Translations under genes and position numbers: made by a program
Notes under the pieces: model-generated
The model's input: only the letters and a program-made list of their open reading frames with translations
Told to the model about the DNA's origin: nothing
The model's database searches: none
Part shown: positions 36,491-50,170 of the stretch, piece by piece
Position numbering within the stretch: the stretch's first letter is position 1
How the letters are laid out: each line of letters begins with the position of its first letter
Assembly: GCA_000934665.2 (NCBI GenBank)
Contig: KZ538064.1
Coordinates: forward strand, 62,001 to 126,000
From: Catajapyx aquilonaris
Taxonomy: Eukaryota
Reading direction: 5' to 3'
DNA: 64,000 nt

Positions 36491-39400
36491 CGTTAGTTTC
36501 ATGTGGGCTTTTCTCTAGTCTAAAATCACTTTACTTAGGATGTTTGATGTTCCATACTGTAAGTTATATATAGGGTTGACCTACACAATTTTATCTAAGA
36601 AAAGTTCATTTCATGTTAGAAGTAAGTTGCTACAATCAACTTGAATGGAACCAAAGTGCTTTTTTTTGTTTCGAAGACAACTTTCCGTGCTATTATTCGA
36701 GTAGAAATTGAAGGCTATTTTTTTCTGTTTAAAAATTTATTGTGCAATTTTCTTGCATACACAGGCCGTGATGATTGGTTATCAGCTGCATTAAAATGTC
36801 TAAAAGACCTCCGGTTAAATATCGGTATTCGTTCTGCGGTGTGCTTGTTTACCTTCCATGTACAGGCCTCAAGCAGTAATTCCACATCCGAGGTTGAATA
36901 TTTGATGGTCCGGAAATATTGTTTCTTTCATCAAGCTGCTGGATAGGCCTAATCTAACGGCTACATTTTTAGCAATATTTACACAACTGGGAGAATTACA
37001 TTGCCTTTAGAACTATTAAAATTATATTTCCAACTCTATATACAATTAGGTGATATAATCATCTCTATCGAATAAATGGTACGACAAAATGAAAGCTAAT
37101 CGCTACGTTTTGTGCAAAGGTTTCCCTTTTCAATGTGAATTGAGCAAAATACAAACTATAATTGCAAATTTCGATCGTTCCTTCTCAGTTCCAGCTAACA
37201 TCTGGAAATGAGAATGAAGGATCGAAATACTCGTTGGCCTATATTGCGATTTATAAAACAAATTGTCAATTAAAAGTGTTTGGAGTGTGCATGATTATTC
37301 GATGCAGTTAAGGAGAATTCACACTGTAGAAGGGTTTCAATATATTTTTGGAATCACCTATTATTCACCAAAACCTTTACTATAATTAAATGAAATATTT
37401 CGAACTCGTGGTTGTCCATTTTATACCCATTTGAATAGACATCAATTTCATGAAAATGTTTTTAAGTGAGTAAATATGCAAATATTCGGCTTTTCCACCA
37501 ACGGCTTAAAAATATACCGTTCCCTTCTGCGGGGGCCTCTGACAATCCACGCCCTTTCGGTATCAAATATATACGATTATAAATACAGGAACACACGCCT
37601 AAAGGAGTTAACTGTGTCCAAAAAAAAGTCCATTAATTTGAGTCGGATAATAGAAGATCAGAGAAGGCCCGCAGCGTCTTCAACTTCATGCTCGGGACTG
37701 TAGACACCACGAGTTACTTTAAATAGTGCTTTCTCAACACGCCATATGGTCGAACATAGGATATTCTCATATACTGTAGGAAGCGTTTCGATTAGTTTCT
37801 TTCACATTCGTCTTCTCGAGGTTCTCCTATTTCCTCCCACAATCAAAATCCGTCAACTGCGTAGCAATTATTGAATCAAGTCCGAAATTTAAAATAATAT
37901 CCTCAGAAAGTCACAGGCTCATACTTAGGAACCCTACAACCTCACAACAATAACAATGCATTTCCTAGTTGTCACACGGCTAAATATAGGCCTAATTGAC
38001 AAAAATTAGTTACCTGCTCTAATATATTAGTGCCTGAATGGAAAGCAGCGGAGCTTAAAATAGTCCCGTCATGAGCGTCATTGTTCGATTTGTACTGCTC
38101 AGAGCATGTGAAAGGCACTCTGTAATACAAATCCTTGAAATTGAGGATATAGTTAGGTCTCCCAATTTCTTATTCGGAACTGATCAAATGCTAGTATCGA
38201 AAGAAATTGTCCTTCGCTACTGGAAAATTGTGGCATTTTCTAATAGCCTTTGCGTAATACATCTTTCAAATGCTCACATATGAAATAGAGCATTCTACTA
38301 AAGAAATACTTCCAGCAAGCACAGTATAATATGCAATTAAAAAACACAGTTAATTTATGCACTATACAGTATAACCAACGAAAATCTTTTCTTATAATAA
38401 AACAAAACCATTCACATCAAAAATGCCTACAAATGACATTTTATTTATACCAAGTATACAGAAAATGCAAGACTCTTTATATGCAGTATTGAACTTTGTG
38501 GATATTTGTTTCTGTAGTCAAATCTTTGTTGTGTCACAGTATACTCATTAGCTTGCCTTTCTTGGAAAACAAACAGAAATGCTTCACTGTAATTCTACTG
38601 ACATTGACACAAAGTATACAGTGCCTTTGAAGAAACAAGCTAGCACATAGTAACTAAAATATCCTCCTACGCACTTACAGTACACAGTTATTACCCAATC
38701 GGAAGCATATACATCATGTCTGTTTATCACATTAAGTCTGTTTTGACCTGTTGTGTTACTGTTGCTATTTACTACAAGCAATATGCCGGATGCCAGCTCT
38801 TTACGTAAAGAATCTGCATGTAGGGCCTACGGTGTATCTGTTATATCATGCTAAACAGGGTGCCGTGCAAATAATTACTATGTGCTAAACAGATACGTGT
38901 ATATAGCACGTCACATTGACATTACACCAAAGTAATGCAATCCCCGTCAGATAGCAATCTTATGATATGCAATGACGTATAGGAGCTGACACTATATTGT
39001 ATAGTCGAAAGATGAACGCTTTGCTTCATAATCTAAGGTAAATACACTATATATCAGTAATCAGCAGACAGTTCCGTTGTATTTAGAGCTATGTTGCTGG
39101 AACAACATCATATCAGGTTATGCGTCAAGAATTCATTACACCTTGTGACCCGTCATTAGAACAATGTGTATCACAGTCTGCCGTGTCTGACAGGTCCAGG
39201 CGCGTCATGGCCCAAAGTCAAGGTCGCTTTCATTAATTCTGGGTTCACTGAAACTTGGATGACAAAATTTCAGGGAAGAAAGGCGTCACTCGTAATAGTA
39301 TAATGAATCTAATGACTCCATGAATACAGCGCACACTTTCAGAGAAATCCGGGGGGAATTCTCAGCAGTATAGGGGAGTTGTATAGTGGAAAAATTCCAT

Positions 39401-42400
39401 TTTAGGAAACACTTTTTCATGCCGGAGTCATTTCGCCATCTGGAGAAGTGAGTTCGTAAACTATTATTTATCTATGAATAGAAAGAGAGCTTCTGCCTTA
39501 ACCATGCCTCTCTCAGTGGAATCAGAGCATGTCTGATCATATTGCGTTACCGCACCATATACAGTAATCCTCCGCAAATCATTAGTCTACTGTCTTCCAA
39601 GAATTCTTCTCATCTATAAGAGATTCTATCCTCATCATCTTCCCTGTGAAGAAGTTAAATTATATCGATATAAAATCTCTCTTTCATGTCAGATCACATT
39701 ATTTTTGGCCTCATCGTCAAATCATATTAGCTATCCGCTGAATCTCATTAAATGCATCGAGGCAATATAAAAGAAGTTCGATAGAATATTCAATAATATT
39801 GTCCTTACTTGTTACGTCAGTTGTCAGTATGTCGATACATATGCAATATGGAACAGTTCCATTACGTTACTCTTCTTCATTCCAATATTATAGCAAAGTT
39901 ATAATAACCTATCATCTAGGATCTAGGTGATTTGCAATTGAATAATTTTATTGGAAGAAAGTTTTTGCTGTCACGTGTACTCAGTGATCATTAGGTAGGA
40001 GATAAACTATCGTATATGAAAGAGCATTAACTGATTTGTTAAACAGGCAAAAGTGCAGGTAGCAACATTGGCAATTATAATTAAATCCAACAGACAAATT
40101 CCTCCAATTATTTTAACGATTTATCAAGTGTGCAGCGTATATAGTTGGTTCTTGGCCATTATGACGACTGCGACTCTACAGGCCTAAAATGGCATACCGG
40201 TATATATTTCCTCATTTACATTAGTGGCAAGTCTGTCATAATGGCACAAACACATTCGCCTGATCATCATTTGGCTGTCCGATTGTCACATCCGCCTCCC
40301 ATTATCACGTCACGCATGATTGCAAAAATAATGTGGGCGCGCAAGTTAATTTCGCGAACGTCGCTGACGACGAGAGGGCAACACCCACATCCGAAGTACG
40401 TACCGTTAACTCATTTATCTCCCAACTAATGTGACGCTAAAAAGAATCGACTTGCTCCAGAATCCTCCTGGGGTTACATAATCCTCCACTTCCGCCTTTC
40501 TTCTCTGGTGCCCACACAAGGAGATTCTCCCACATAAAAAATGCAGGTGGGGCACGTGCAATTTATGAATGAACGTGTGATGACTCACAGCAAAGAATAT
40601 CAGCTCAGGGTACATAAAAAATGGTTGCAGACGAGCCTATATGATGAGCAAGGATAATATTTGACACCCACTAATACGTCAGGCGAGTAGTAGCAGAAGC
40701 AGAGTTTGATGAATGCAATGGAATGGCGCAGGCGTCACCTCCCTTGTGCCAGCCTCCCCACGCATCTTCAGTCGTCGGTGGTCTCTGCCGACAACCGGGA
40801 GTATGCCGTCGACACCAGGGGCCCTCGTCGCACAATAGTGTCCCGTTGGGATTGCCGCATTTTGTGAGTACCCAGTTACCATTCACCACCTGCTGGGGAA
40901 GAAGCAGCATTGTCATGCCAAGCACCCCGCGTGAACTATTTCTAATTCAAAGCCGGTGCTGGCAGTACCGGTACTGCTCAATAATGGTGTCGGTTATGTT
41001 TTGCGCAAGGTCAAGGTGAGGGTCGCATCCCGGCAAAAAAAGTGGCACAGGGGGGAAAAAATTTATTTAATGCGAAATATTTTCTGGCATTCCAGGAGAG
41101 CTGGTGTCATAATGCGCGCTCAAATTCCAGATATACCTCGTACTCGGAAGACCTTCTAGCATCGCATTTTTGTTGCACTTTTTTGGCATACACACCTGCA
41201 TAATTTTGTGCAACTAGAAAATATTTGTCATGCACTGGGAAGTTTCTTTAACCACCGAATATTTTCCGATGCCATATGACAAGTGGACACAGGTGGCCAG
41301 CAACTTTCAGTATGTAAGACGATTTTGATACAAAGTTTTCCAACTTTCTGTTGTTTACAACAGGAAGCAAAACTAGTGAACAACTTGGAATAGTTTGGGC
41401 CCATTTTGCAATGATTTCTCCATTGCTTTTCCCATCAGTGTAACGAGTGCTCTCTTCGTATTCGCTGGAATCTTTCTAGCGTTCTCTGCCATATCCGTCC
41501 ACTGTCCACTGTTCCTCCGTGCTTTTTCTTCCCGCATCTCATGGCCTTGGTTGTCTCTGCTTCCACAGCGACCCAAACCAATAATAATCGCTTACCAACT
41601 AGTTGCCCACAGCAATGTGGCAGAAGTGAACCTCCTAGAACCGCCCTTTCTGCACGGTACAGAGAGGAAAATTATAGCATGTACGGCTGGGTATTTCCGC
41701 ACCGACCTCTTATTTGCAAATGGTGGTCGTAAATTCCCTGTCATAAATTTCTGTTTGATTGTGGTGGGGTAGGGAAGGGGCTGCCGAGTCCTTGTTAAAA
41801 AAAAGCAATTTCTGGTTCTGATGACGTTTGGTGAGAATTGCATCAGGGATCAGAAGGAACCGGCGAAATGTATGTAAATACTCCGACCGACGCAATTACA
41901 GGGAGAACCGATTTTGAAATAATTATATGCAGGGGGAAGGGATTTACTTTAGGTGATTAAATTTGCAGAAGCCATCCGGGTGTAACTGTAGGCAACTCCT
42001 ACGCACGTCACGCGCAGAGGCAACGACCCGGAGTATTTTGGAACCCTATTTTTTCACAGAAAGGATTTTTTCTACTCAAGTTTTTTTTTTGCTGTTCAAT
42101 TATTAAGAGAGTCTGGCACCTACGGGAGTCTAGGGTGAAGTTTGGCATTCTAGTCGCCGACACTGTCTGGCCAAAAAAAAAAACTTTCCACTCAATCCAC
42201 GTTCTTTCAATATCCGGTTCAAAGGCGGAACGACGAAAAAAATGGAAAGTGATTAGGAGACTTGAACGACAAAATTCCCTTCAACAACTTAACTTGTTTC
42301 CTCCGAATCTGAAGTACTAACCTCCTTTGCAATTACCTGCAATAAAATTGCGCACTCTACAGTTTTATACGGTTATTGCTAATTCGGTTTTGCACTCACA

Positions 42401-45400
42401 AAAATGTTCAAAACTTGCGCGATTCTTAGAAGGACCTAATTGCAACCACACAGCGAGTGATGTGGTTGTTAATTAATATCTTCATGGTATGCACGTACAT
42501 TTCTGAAAGGAAATGCAGGCTTCAATATCGAGGAACTTTGCAGCCTGGTGGTTGGTAGAGCGGAATGTTGTAGTGCTAACGTGCAACTATATTGCTATAT
42601 ACACTGCATCCACAAGCATGTTTAATTATTTACATTCGCTAATGGCCGGATTTTACCAGGAAATTTGGACAGCGGCATGTCTTAATCTACCGTGCATAAC
42701 AAGCGGTACCGATACTAACCAGTCTCAAAGTGGAATATTTGCACGCGGGTTATAGCTTTTTGCAGACTGTGCATCGGCTTGTGCGAATTTTGATTGACAG
42801 AGAGCTTCTCAGGTGAATAGGCTTTGAAGGTCGCTTCATTTTTTTTTCAAGTGCTCCATCAGGCGGGTGGTTCCCGGTGACAAAAGGAACTTGTTTGCTT
42901 CGACAAATAATAAAAAAAGTAAACATCAAAGTACTACACTTCCTGTTTCCATTGAAAAGACCTTGTTGACGATGCCACTCTCACTCGACGCAAATTAAAG
43001 AAAATGCATCAGGCGGAACATCTCGATGAGAGTTTGAACACTTGTGCGTGAGTGTAATCAGGCGTTTACCAGCATAGAGTCTTAAGCCAACGCACATACA
43101 AATTAATTTTCGGAATGGTTGGCACAGCCTTGGAAATTCCATAGGACACACGTGCGCAGTAAAGTTATACGAATACAATGCTTGAATGGAGAGTGTGTCT
43201 GTGAAACCTGATTAACTAGTTAGTGCGCATATCACCAGTCACCACCAGCTAATTATTTTTGACCCTCTTGTCTGTACAAGTACAACATTACGTAACATCT
43301 CGCATAACCTGTTTAACTGGTGCGACATATTATATCCGCATATCGTACGTGACAATCCCATGCCTGGAATGCCAACAATGGGTCATTGCTTATGGGCTGT
43401 TAATGAACTTTCGTAATGGATATTGCCATTATGGCAAGGTTAAAAAATGAATTTTGGAAGTTCATGGTCAACCCTTTGTCAAGGGTTTTATCTGAAAGTT
43501 TCCTTTGGAGCTCCCCGCTTTCGAATGTCTGACATAACGGCTTCAAGGTCGTCTGAGGCTGGGGATTACCGGCTACCTGATGCCTAATGAGCAAATCTGT
43601 CTTCTCCTGTGCCAAAACAAAAGGCGTCCTTATATGCAGGGAAAGCGTCTCGATGACTTGCCACAATGCACAGAAGGTCAACCGTTCTGTTATTCAACAA
43701 TTAAAGGGCGTTGTATTAATTAGCATCCCTGCATATTATTGCCGATTTCCTTTACAAAATTTTGTTGATTCTCAACGCATATCTCTTGAAGTGCAACAGG
43801 TTTTTAATGAATGTTCTTGTTGGAATCTCCCACAAAAAGGTTACTTCGAGTTCCTAATTCCTGCATGCTATAATAAATTCACATACAAAAATTTCACTCT
43901 CCAAATAATCAAGACCAATCGTAAACAAGATAATAGATTCGGCTTTACTGTATACCAGGGTTGAAACTGACGAGTTAGTTACCTAACTGCACTTACTGTT
44001 AGAATTACTGACGACTCTCTCCAAGCAAGTAATTCATATCAATGACAGCAGCCTTACGAAACCTTTCCTTTCTTGCTGCAAAGTATCGGGAAAGGTTTTT
44101 GGGAGGTATGACAATCTCTCTTATTGTCAAAGTCATGAGAGAGTCTTTTGGATGCATTTTTTATAGCCGACAGTGTATATGCCTTACGAGGAGAGAAAGA
44201 ATGTATCAAGTGATATCCGCTCTCCTGAAAGAGGCCGAGACCCAGATTCGACAGTATCAAATTCTTGGAGTGGAGAGAACTTATATTTCTGATTTTTTTT
44301 ACAACTTCACTTCCGCTTTTTTTCCTTCTGAAGAGGAAGACGAACAATGACATTACTCTCGGCCTTGACAAAGGGACAAAGTGGTAACCAAAATAGCAAA
44401 GGCCTCCTTATATTGGCAACCAGATGATACGTCGATATGCCAAAATATTCAATATTCATATCGATTACATTTTATGAGATTTGCTTGTGGGTATTGACAG
44501 ATACAACGATACATATTACAGTGAGTGGACGACGCGAGGTACGTACAGTACATGATTTTTGGGGAGAGACATGACCATATTACAAACCCCAATTATTGCA
44601 ACGATCTTTTGGCACGGCCATCGATTTCCAATAACCGAACGGTTATGCATTTTTATTGAAAATTTTGCTGTCAAGCCTTTGAAATTCTCAAACAAATATG
44701 CAACGCGGATTAAGCCGCGTTTCAGGGCATACAGTGCGCCCTTGTGTAACTTTGGCGACAAATTCAATTGGGATTCCATCGCGACTCCTGAAGTCTTTAA
44801 ATAAAAGGGATGATCTTGACATTTCATTGGTTCCCTCTGCAGTAGCAACAGAATCAGGAACTGTAAAGCGGAATGCCCAACTCCACTTCCGCAATTGTTT
44901 ATAACTGGTCCTTAATGAAACCCGAACCTGGCGCGACAGTCTTATCCAATTTGCAAGGTGGTATCCGATACTGTAAACGTGCTGTAATCCCCTGCAATTC
45001 ATTTCCTCTCAAAACACTGCCTGCTGAGCACTACGCTTCAGACTCAGCACTGGATAAGCCCAGGTCGAATATCACAAAGGCGGTGCATAACTTTGGCACT
45101 AGACCCAACCCAACTTGTCAGGATAAAGTGTACTTAAAGTGTACCAGGTTCAGTTAAAAACACTAGTCTTCTCGGGGGGTATACAGGGTGATCCGAAACA
45201 CTGCTTGCATAAATTTTATTCCTTGAATCACATTGAATCGCCCTGTTACAGCCGCGAGATTCCAGATAGGAAGCCAGCTGTACCGTTCAGATTATTGCGA
45301 TTAACCCCGCGGTTTCCTGAGGTATCGTGGGGATAGTCCGGAAGCATCGTCAGCACAGGAACATAAAACCGCACCGGATTTGCAGTGTGCAAACTCCCTT

Positions 45401-48400
45401 TTGCAATTAGGAGCCTTTCATCCACCGCATCGCGCATCGGGAAAGGGTCATCGAAACCTGGGGGGTCCAGAGGCTGGCTACTAGTAGCAACCAAGTTCAA
45501 TGGCCTCGACACATCGTCGCAGGACTTTGCTCTGGCCCCTCAGGCTGCGCTTATTGATAGGCCAAGTTTTAGGAGAAGAAAAATAGCGAGGTAATCTGCG
45601 AATGGGCTGGGGAAAAATATGCACAAAGGAGCTACCGAGCATGCTAAATGCGGTCGTGGGAAATGACGCGGAAAGTCACCCGTCTCTTTGGGAGCCAGAG
45701 AATATATAGACTTTGCTTTTTTTTTTTGCCTCCCGCACATTGGATTCCACTACTCGGGGCTACACACATTAATTCATTAATGCAGCACCCACTCCTGAAT
45801 AAATGGGCTTACAGTGTAAGTGCAGCCTCGGGTGATCCCCCGGACTTGTACAGTGCAGAAGGGTTGATGGCGGAGAAATCTGATTACGCCGCAAGCCTCA
45901 GCTCTGACAAGATATCGTCAATTAGCAGATTTTGTGCCAAGTCTTTTTTTTTTTATTCGGATGGAAAATGCCAGCGGTCATTAAACTGTGAGTAGACCTT
46001 GACATTAAAGGGATAGGTCTCTCCTACATTTTGTGCACGAATAAGATGACGAAGAAAAGAAAACTTCCAGAGCGTCTGTGCCTGCCGGGCTTCTCAGTTA
46101 AATTGCTTAAAAGTTGTAACATTTTAAGTGCATGTAAAAGCTCATCGGCGAACAAAATATCTAATTTTTGGATCCTTCCCACGTTACTCGCAATACCGTG
46201 ACAGCTCGTTTTAAACTCATGAAATATGAGTACAGTCGGATTCCACAAATTAAATCACACGCTGTACCTACAGGTCTTAGTGTTCAAACGCATTGAAATG
46301 GTATGGCTTTTGTCAAAGTAACCGTCAAAATTATGTTTTAAAAAATCATATGAAGTGAACCATTCGCACATATGTGGCTCCATAAGAAGCCACGCAATTA
46401 CTGTTGGAATAATTGTCAAAGGACTGCTTTAGTGAAGCCTGAAACATTCGTCTATTAATAGTGCAAATTGCCATAAAATATGCGAAAAAATGATCATGCC
46501 ATGAATCATGGTAATTTGCAGTAACTAGTGGCCAGCAGGAATGAGATCCATTGGGATGTCTGAAACTCTGAATACTCGCATTAAAATGTAAGGGCCTCCT
46601 ACTATTTGAATGGCAAGCCTCAGTTCCGTTCTCCCCCTTTTTTTGTTTCCATTGAAACTTACCTTCTGTGGCTTAGCACTTTAATTATCGCTCCGGGCCA
46701 TTCAGTCCAATGTTGCGGCTCTACAGGACGTATTGGATTTTTTGTGCCAGCTCAGAAAATGAGGCACAAAAATTTCAAAATTCGGGTTCAACTCTGGTAC
46801 TACTTCAAATATTATCAAAACTACCATTGTTATTACTTATTAATACACAGTAGGCTATAATGCGTATGTACTCTAAGATTTGTCATCTTCCTGTAGCGCT
46901 TAAAGCAGAGTGAATCGAGTGCTCCTTTATTATTTTTCCACCAACAGGCGTATATCATCCGGTTCTGAGATTGCCAAATATTAATCCGCCCACACTGGCT
47001 TCCCTCGCTGGCTAAATGAAAACAATGTTGTTATTGGTTGGGTTCACAACCTCGGATCAATTCGGGAGCATATACAGTCAACTCTTTTTTTTTCAGAAGC
47101 TCTGAGAGAATAAATATTTTTGTATTCCGCGTGCAAACCACATATTGGCCAATATCGAGACACTGAACAACACCAGAAACATGTTATGAATGACACCAGG
47201 AGGCCCAATTACTTCGCACGTAACTCCTCGACTGCTTTACAGTTGAGTCAGTTAGGACTAATTAGTCGCACACTCCTGACATTTTCCATATCGCCCGCGA
47301 CAATGTGTTCCACCTGCACGTGTCAATTTACAAAGGACCGCAATATTACATCGCGGACCGGGCAGTTCTCATTAATTCTAAATGAACCTAACGATGCACT
47401 GCACACATGCCAATATGACACGTGCCTTTGGATTCAGCTGTGCAAAAAGCGTCGTGATAGTTTGCCTGCGGCTTTGCTAAAACATTTGTTTAACAATGTT
47501 ATCATCATTCATGCCTCTATGGTGTAGCCCCTGCAAGTATCCGGCGTGCAGGATATTATTACTGCTATGTCTATAACGATGCGGTGTGTTACTGATGCAA
47601 TAATTAGAGGCACAGATCCCAGGTCATATTTGGACAACCCGGTTCAGTGGCTTCCTTCAAATCGATTTGTTGTAAAGCAGATTTGTGTCAGGAAGGCGAG
47701 AATTTTGTAGTGAATATCTAAGGGCAATTTTAATGTAAATCTAACATGTAGTATAGCCATGCAACTGTACACCATACAGAAACAGAACCACTTCATTTGC
47801 TTCCGTCTCCCTCGGTACATACACTGATGAATGGTATGCTCATTTATGTCTTGATAAACTCGCAGGAGAAACTACTTCATAACTTTCCCCATTGCTATTA
47901 ATAAGGTATACAGAGTTAGCAAACACTTGCACAATATATTCCATACTACGGCTCTTGCTACAGCTTTTCGCTCCCAAACACACATTATATAGTGTAGGAG
48001 TAAAACACGTCAAGGGAGAGATACGCTTATGAAAAAAAACGGACTGTCGCAACTGACTGAAAATACGTTTAGCAAACATTTCATCACCGCCCAATCTACG
48101 AAACCAATATTTCACGGAGGACGTTTTTTTCCGCTCTCTCTCTGCCCCCGAACCTTCCCTAACCTCATCTATGTGTAAACTTTTCGATCGCTTAAAATTC
48201 TCCTTTTTTTCTCTCTCTCCCTTGGAGAACCTGGACAACCTGGCGAAAAGGAAGCAAGAAAGTGTGTCAGTTTTGGACCAGCAGGGCTTGATTTATGAGC
48301 GCCGCTTCTTTTCAAACCCCGCCCAGATTCTTTCCTTCAACCCCCCCCCCCCCCCCCCCTTTTCCCTAACTCTTTAACGATCCGAGGCATCTCTCCACCG

Positions 48401-50074
48401 GATAACAAGATTCCCATTCGCCATTGAATTCCCATCTATCTATCTCCCTCCATGTGTGTGTATACCTTCACTGCGGACGAGTGAAGTGATGAGAAGTTTC
48501 TCTTGCTCGGCGGTAACACTGCTGGTTCTATATTTGCGTGCTAGAGCAAAGATGAAACCCACACAGTTACTATTCAGATCTGGCAAATTACTTTGGCCAA
48601 GCCCTTTTCCCCATTATGTATTATTCATCCTCAATTTCTCTTTGGTGCCCCGTTGGCTTGTACATTCGCTTCAACTCAACATGTAAGTTATTCCAGCGGC
48701 GACGCATCAAAAGTTGAACTGTACGTCCGGCCAGAAATAGTCCAAATGGACGTGGCAAGCCTTTGACATACAATTACTCATTGCTTTCAAAGGGAGCAGT
48801 CCGGAACCCGGAAGGTCAACTCACATCCGCTCAATTAAAACAAAGAAATTGCAAGAATCGCTGGGGGGAAAAACCCCTTTTTCTCCATATCAAAAGCGCG
48901 TTGGAGGCCAATATATACGCGTAACTCCATTCCCCCCCCCCCTTCTATCCCCATCAAGTGGCAGGTTGTTGCTACAAAATGATTGATGGGGTGAAAATAA
49001 AAGTTTCAATGTAATAAAAATGTCGATGGCCCGGATGAAAGACTGGCTGGAATTTTCCAACTGAGCCTCTCTCTCTCACTTTTTTTTTGGAAGGGCCAGA
49101 GCATGCTGCTGCTGCATATTGGCTCAAATGCAGACACGCATTTTGGTGGCTGGGTAATCACGCTCGAGTAGAATTTTTGCCTGCTGTACAAAGGGCATTA
49201 CATCTGCAGCTACAAACCGCTAATTAACAATAATTATTAACGTAGCTAAGAGCTGGGGTCGGAATTTATCCCTCGACACAGCGTTTGATGCGTCATATAC
49301 CGTGTCAGCCCGAGTCTCCTAAATTAAATAGCATAATCAGTACGCCGTATTAGCGGTGCCCTTAATATAATTTCGCGTAACCTTTCAGCATTTTTGTGTA
49401 AATAAATCAAACATTATTAATTAGCATCGCGTGCCGAGTATTATGCGTGTCTCATTTTGTTCACATTTTCGGACTAATACATTGGTAGGCCTTTTTTTGA
49501 TTAATAGTCTGCTAATCTGCAGCAGTATGTGTTTAAATATTCCTACTTATACATTGCCGAGCACGTTCATTAAACCGATTCTCTGTAGAAACCGGGCAAA
49601 GAAAACTCGGCAAACACTGTCTTCGAAATTCAATACGCCTGTAGAGGAATATTATTCATTTCCCTTCAGAAGCACAGTTCTTTTTCTGGCTGATATTTGA
49701 CTACTATTTCCACTCATAACACCCACGATTATTTTCACTAACATTATTCAGTACAGAAGAGTAATTTGAAGCGTTAAAAGCTTTTATGTAACAAAAATAT
49801 TTGTTAGTACCGCACGACAAACTATCAAGTTGTTGGGCTCTTGCGCATTGTTTGTAAAATACTTCAACTTCTGAACTGTAATCAAGTAGTGCTGTACAGT
49901 GTAAAAGTAATTAGGGGCACGTATGGAGACAGCTTTCCAGGCAGTCTTTTTCGGCAACAGAAACAAGCAAACAAGTATCAGCAGTTGCACTGGTGGCCAC
50001 GGCGTAGTTTGTAAACCCTGCAGCGGGACACAACACCGAGCAAACAAACTCCGCGCAAATGCAAGTGCGGACTA

Positions 50075-50170
50075 TTCTCATTCAAAGCAGTGTAGCATCA
50101 GTGTAGCATCAGGCCCTACACACCATTTAATGGTGTGTAGGGCCTGATGCTACACTGATTTGAATGAGAA
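50075..50170. repeat. Long palindrome: perfect 31-bp arms with 1-nt spacer plus an outer 12-bp stem
   Basis: Core 50097..50159 ATCAGTGTAGCATCAGGCCCTACACACCATT-T-AATGGTGTGTAGGGCCTGATGCTACACTGAT; outer TTCTCATTCAAA / TTTGAATGAGAA; CAGTGTAGCAT is tandemly duplicated in the left arm. Confidence 0.95.

Noticed and set aside
41346..41377. Hairpin followed by CTAG (Helitron 3' end-like)
   Set aside because: Short AT-rich stem, no matching 5' end or second copy.
45182..45247. Tiny mariner-like remnant (CAGGGTGATCCGA ... TTGAATCGCCCTG)
   Set aside because: Short mismatched TIRs and no TA on the right side.
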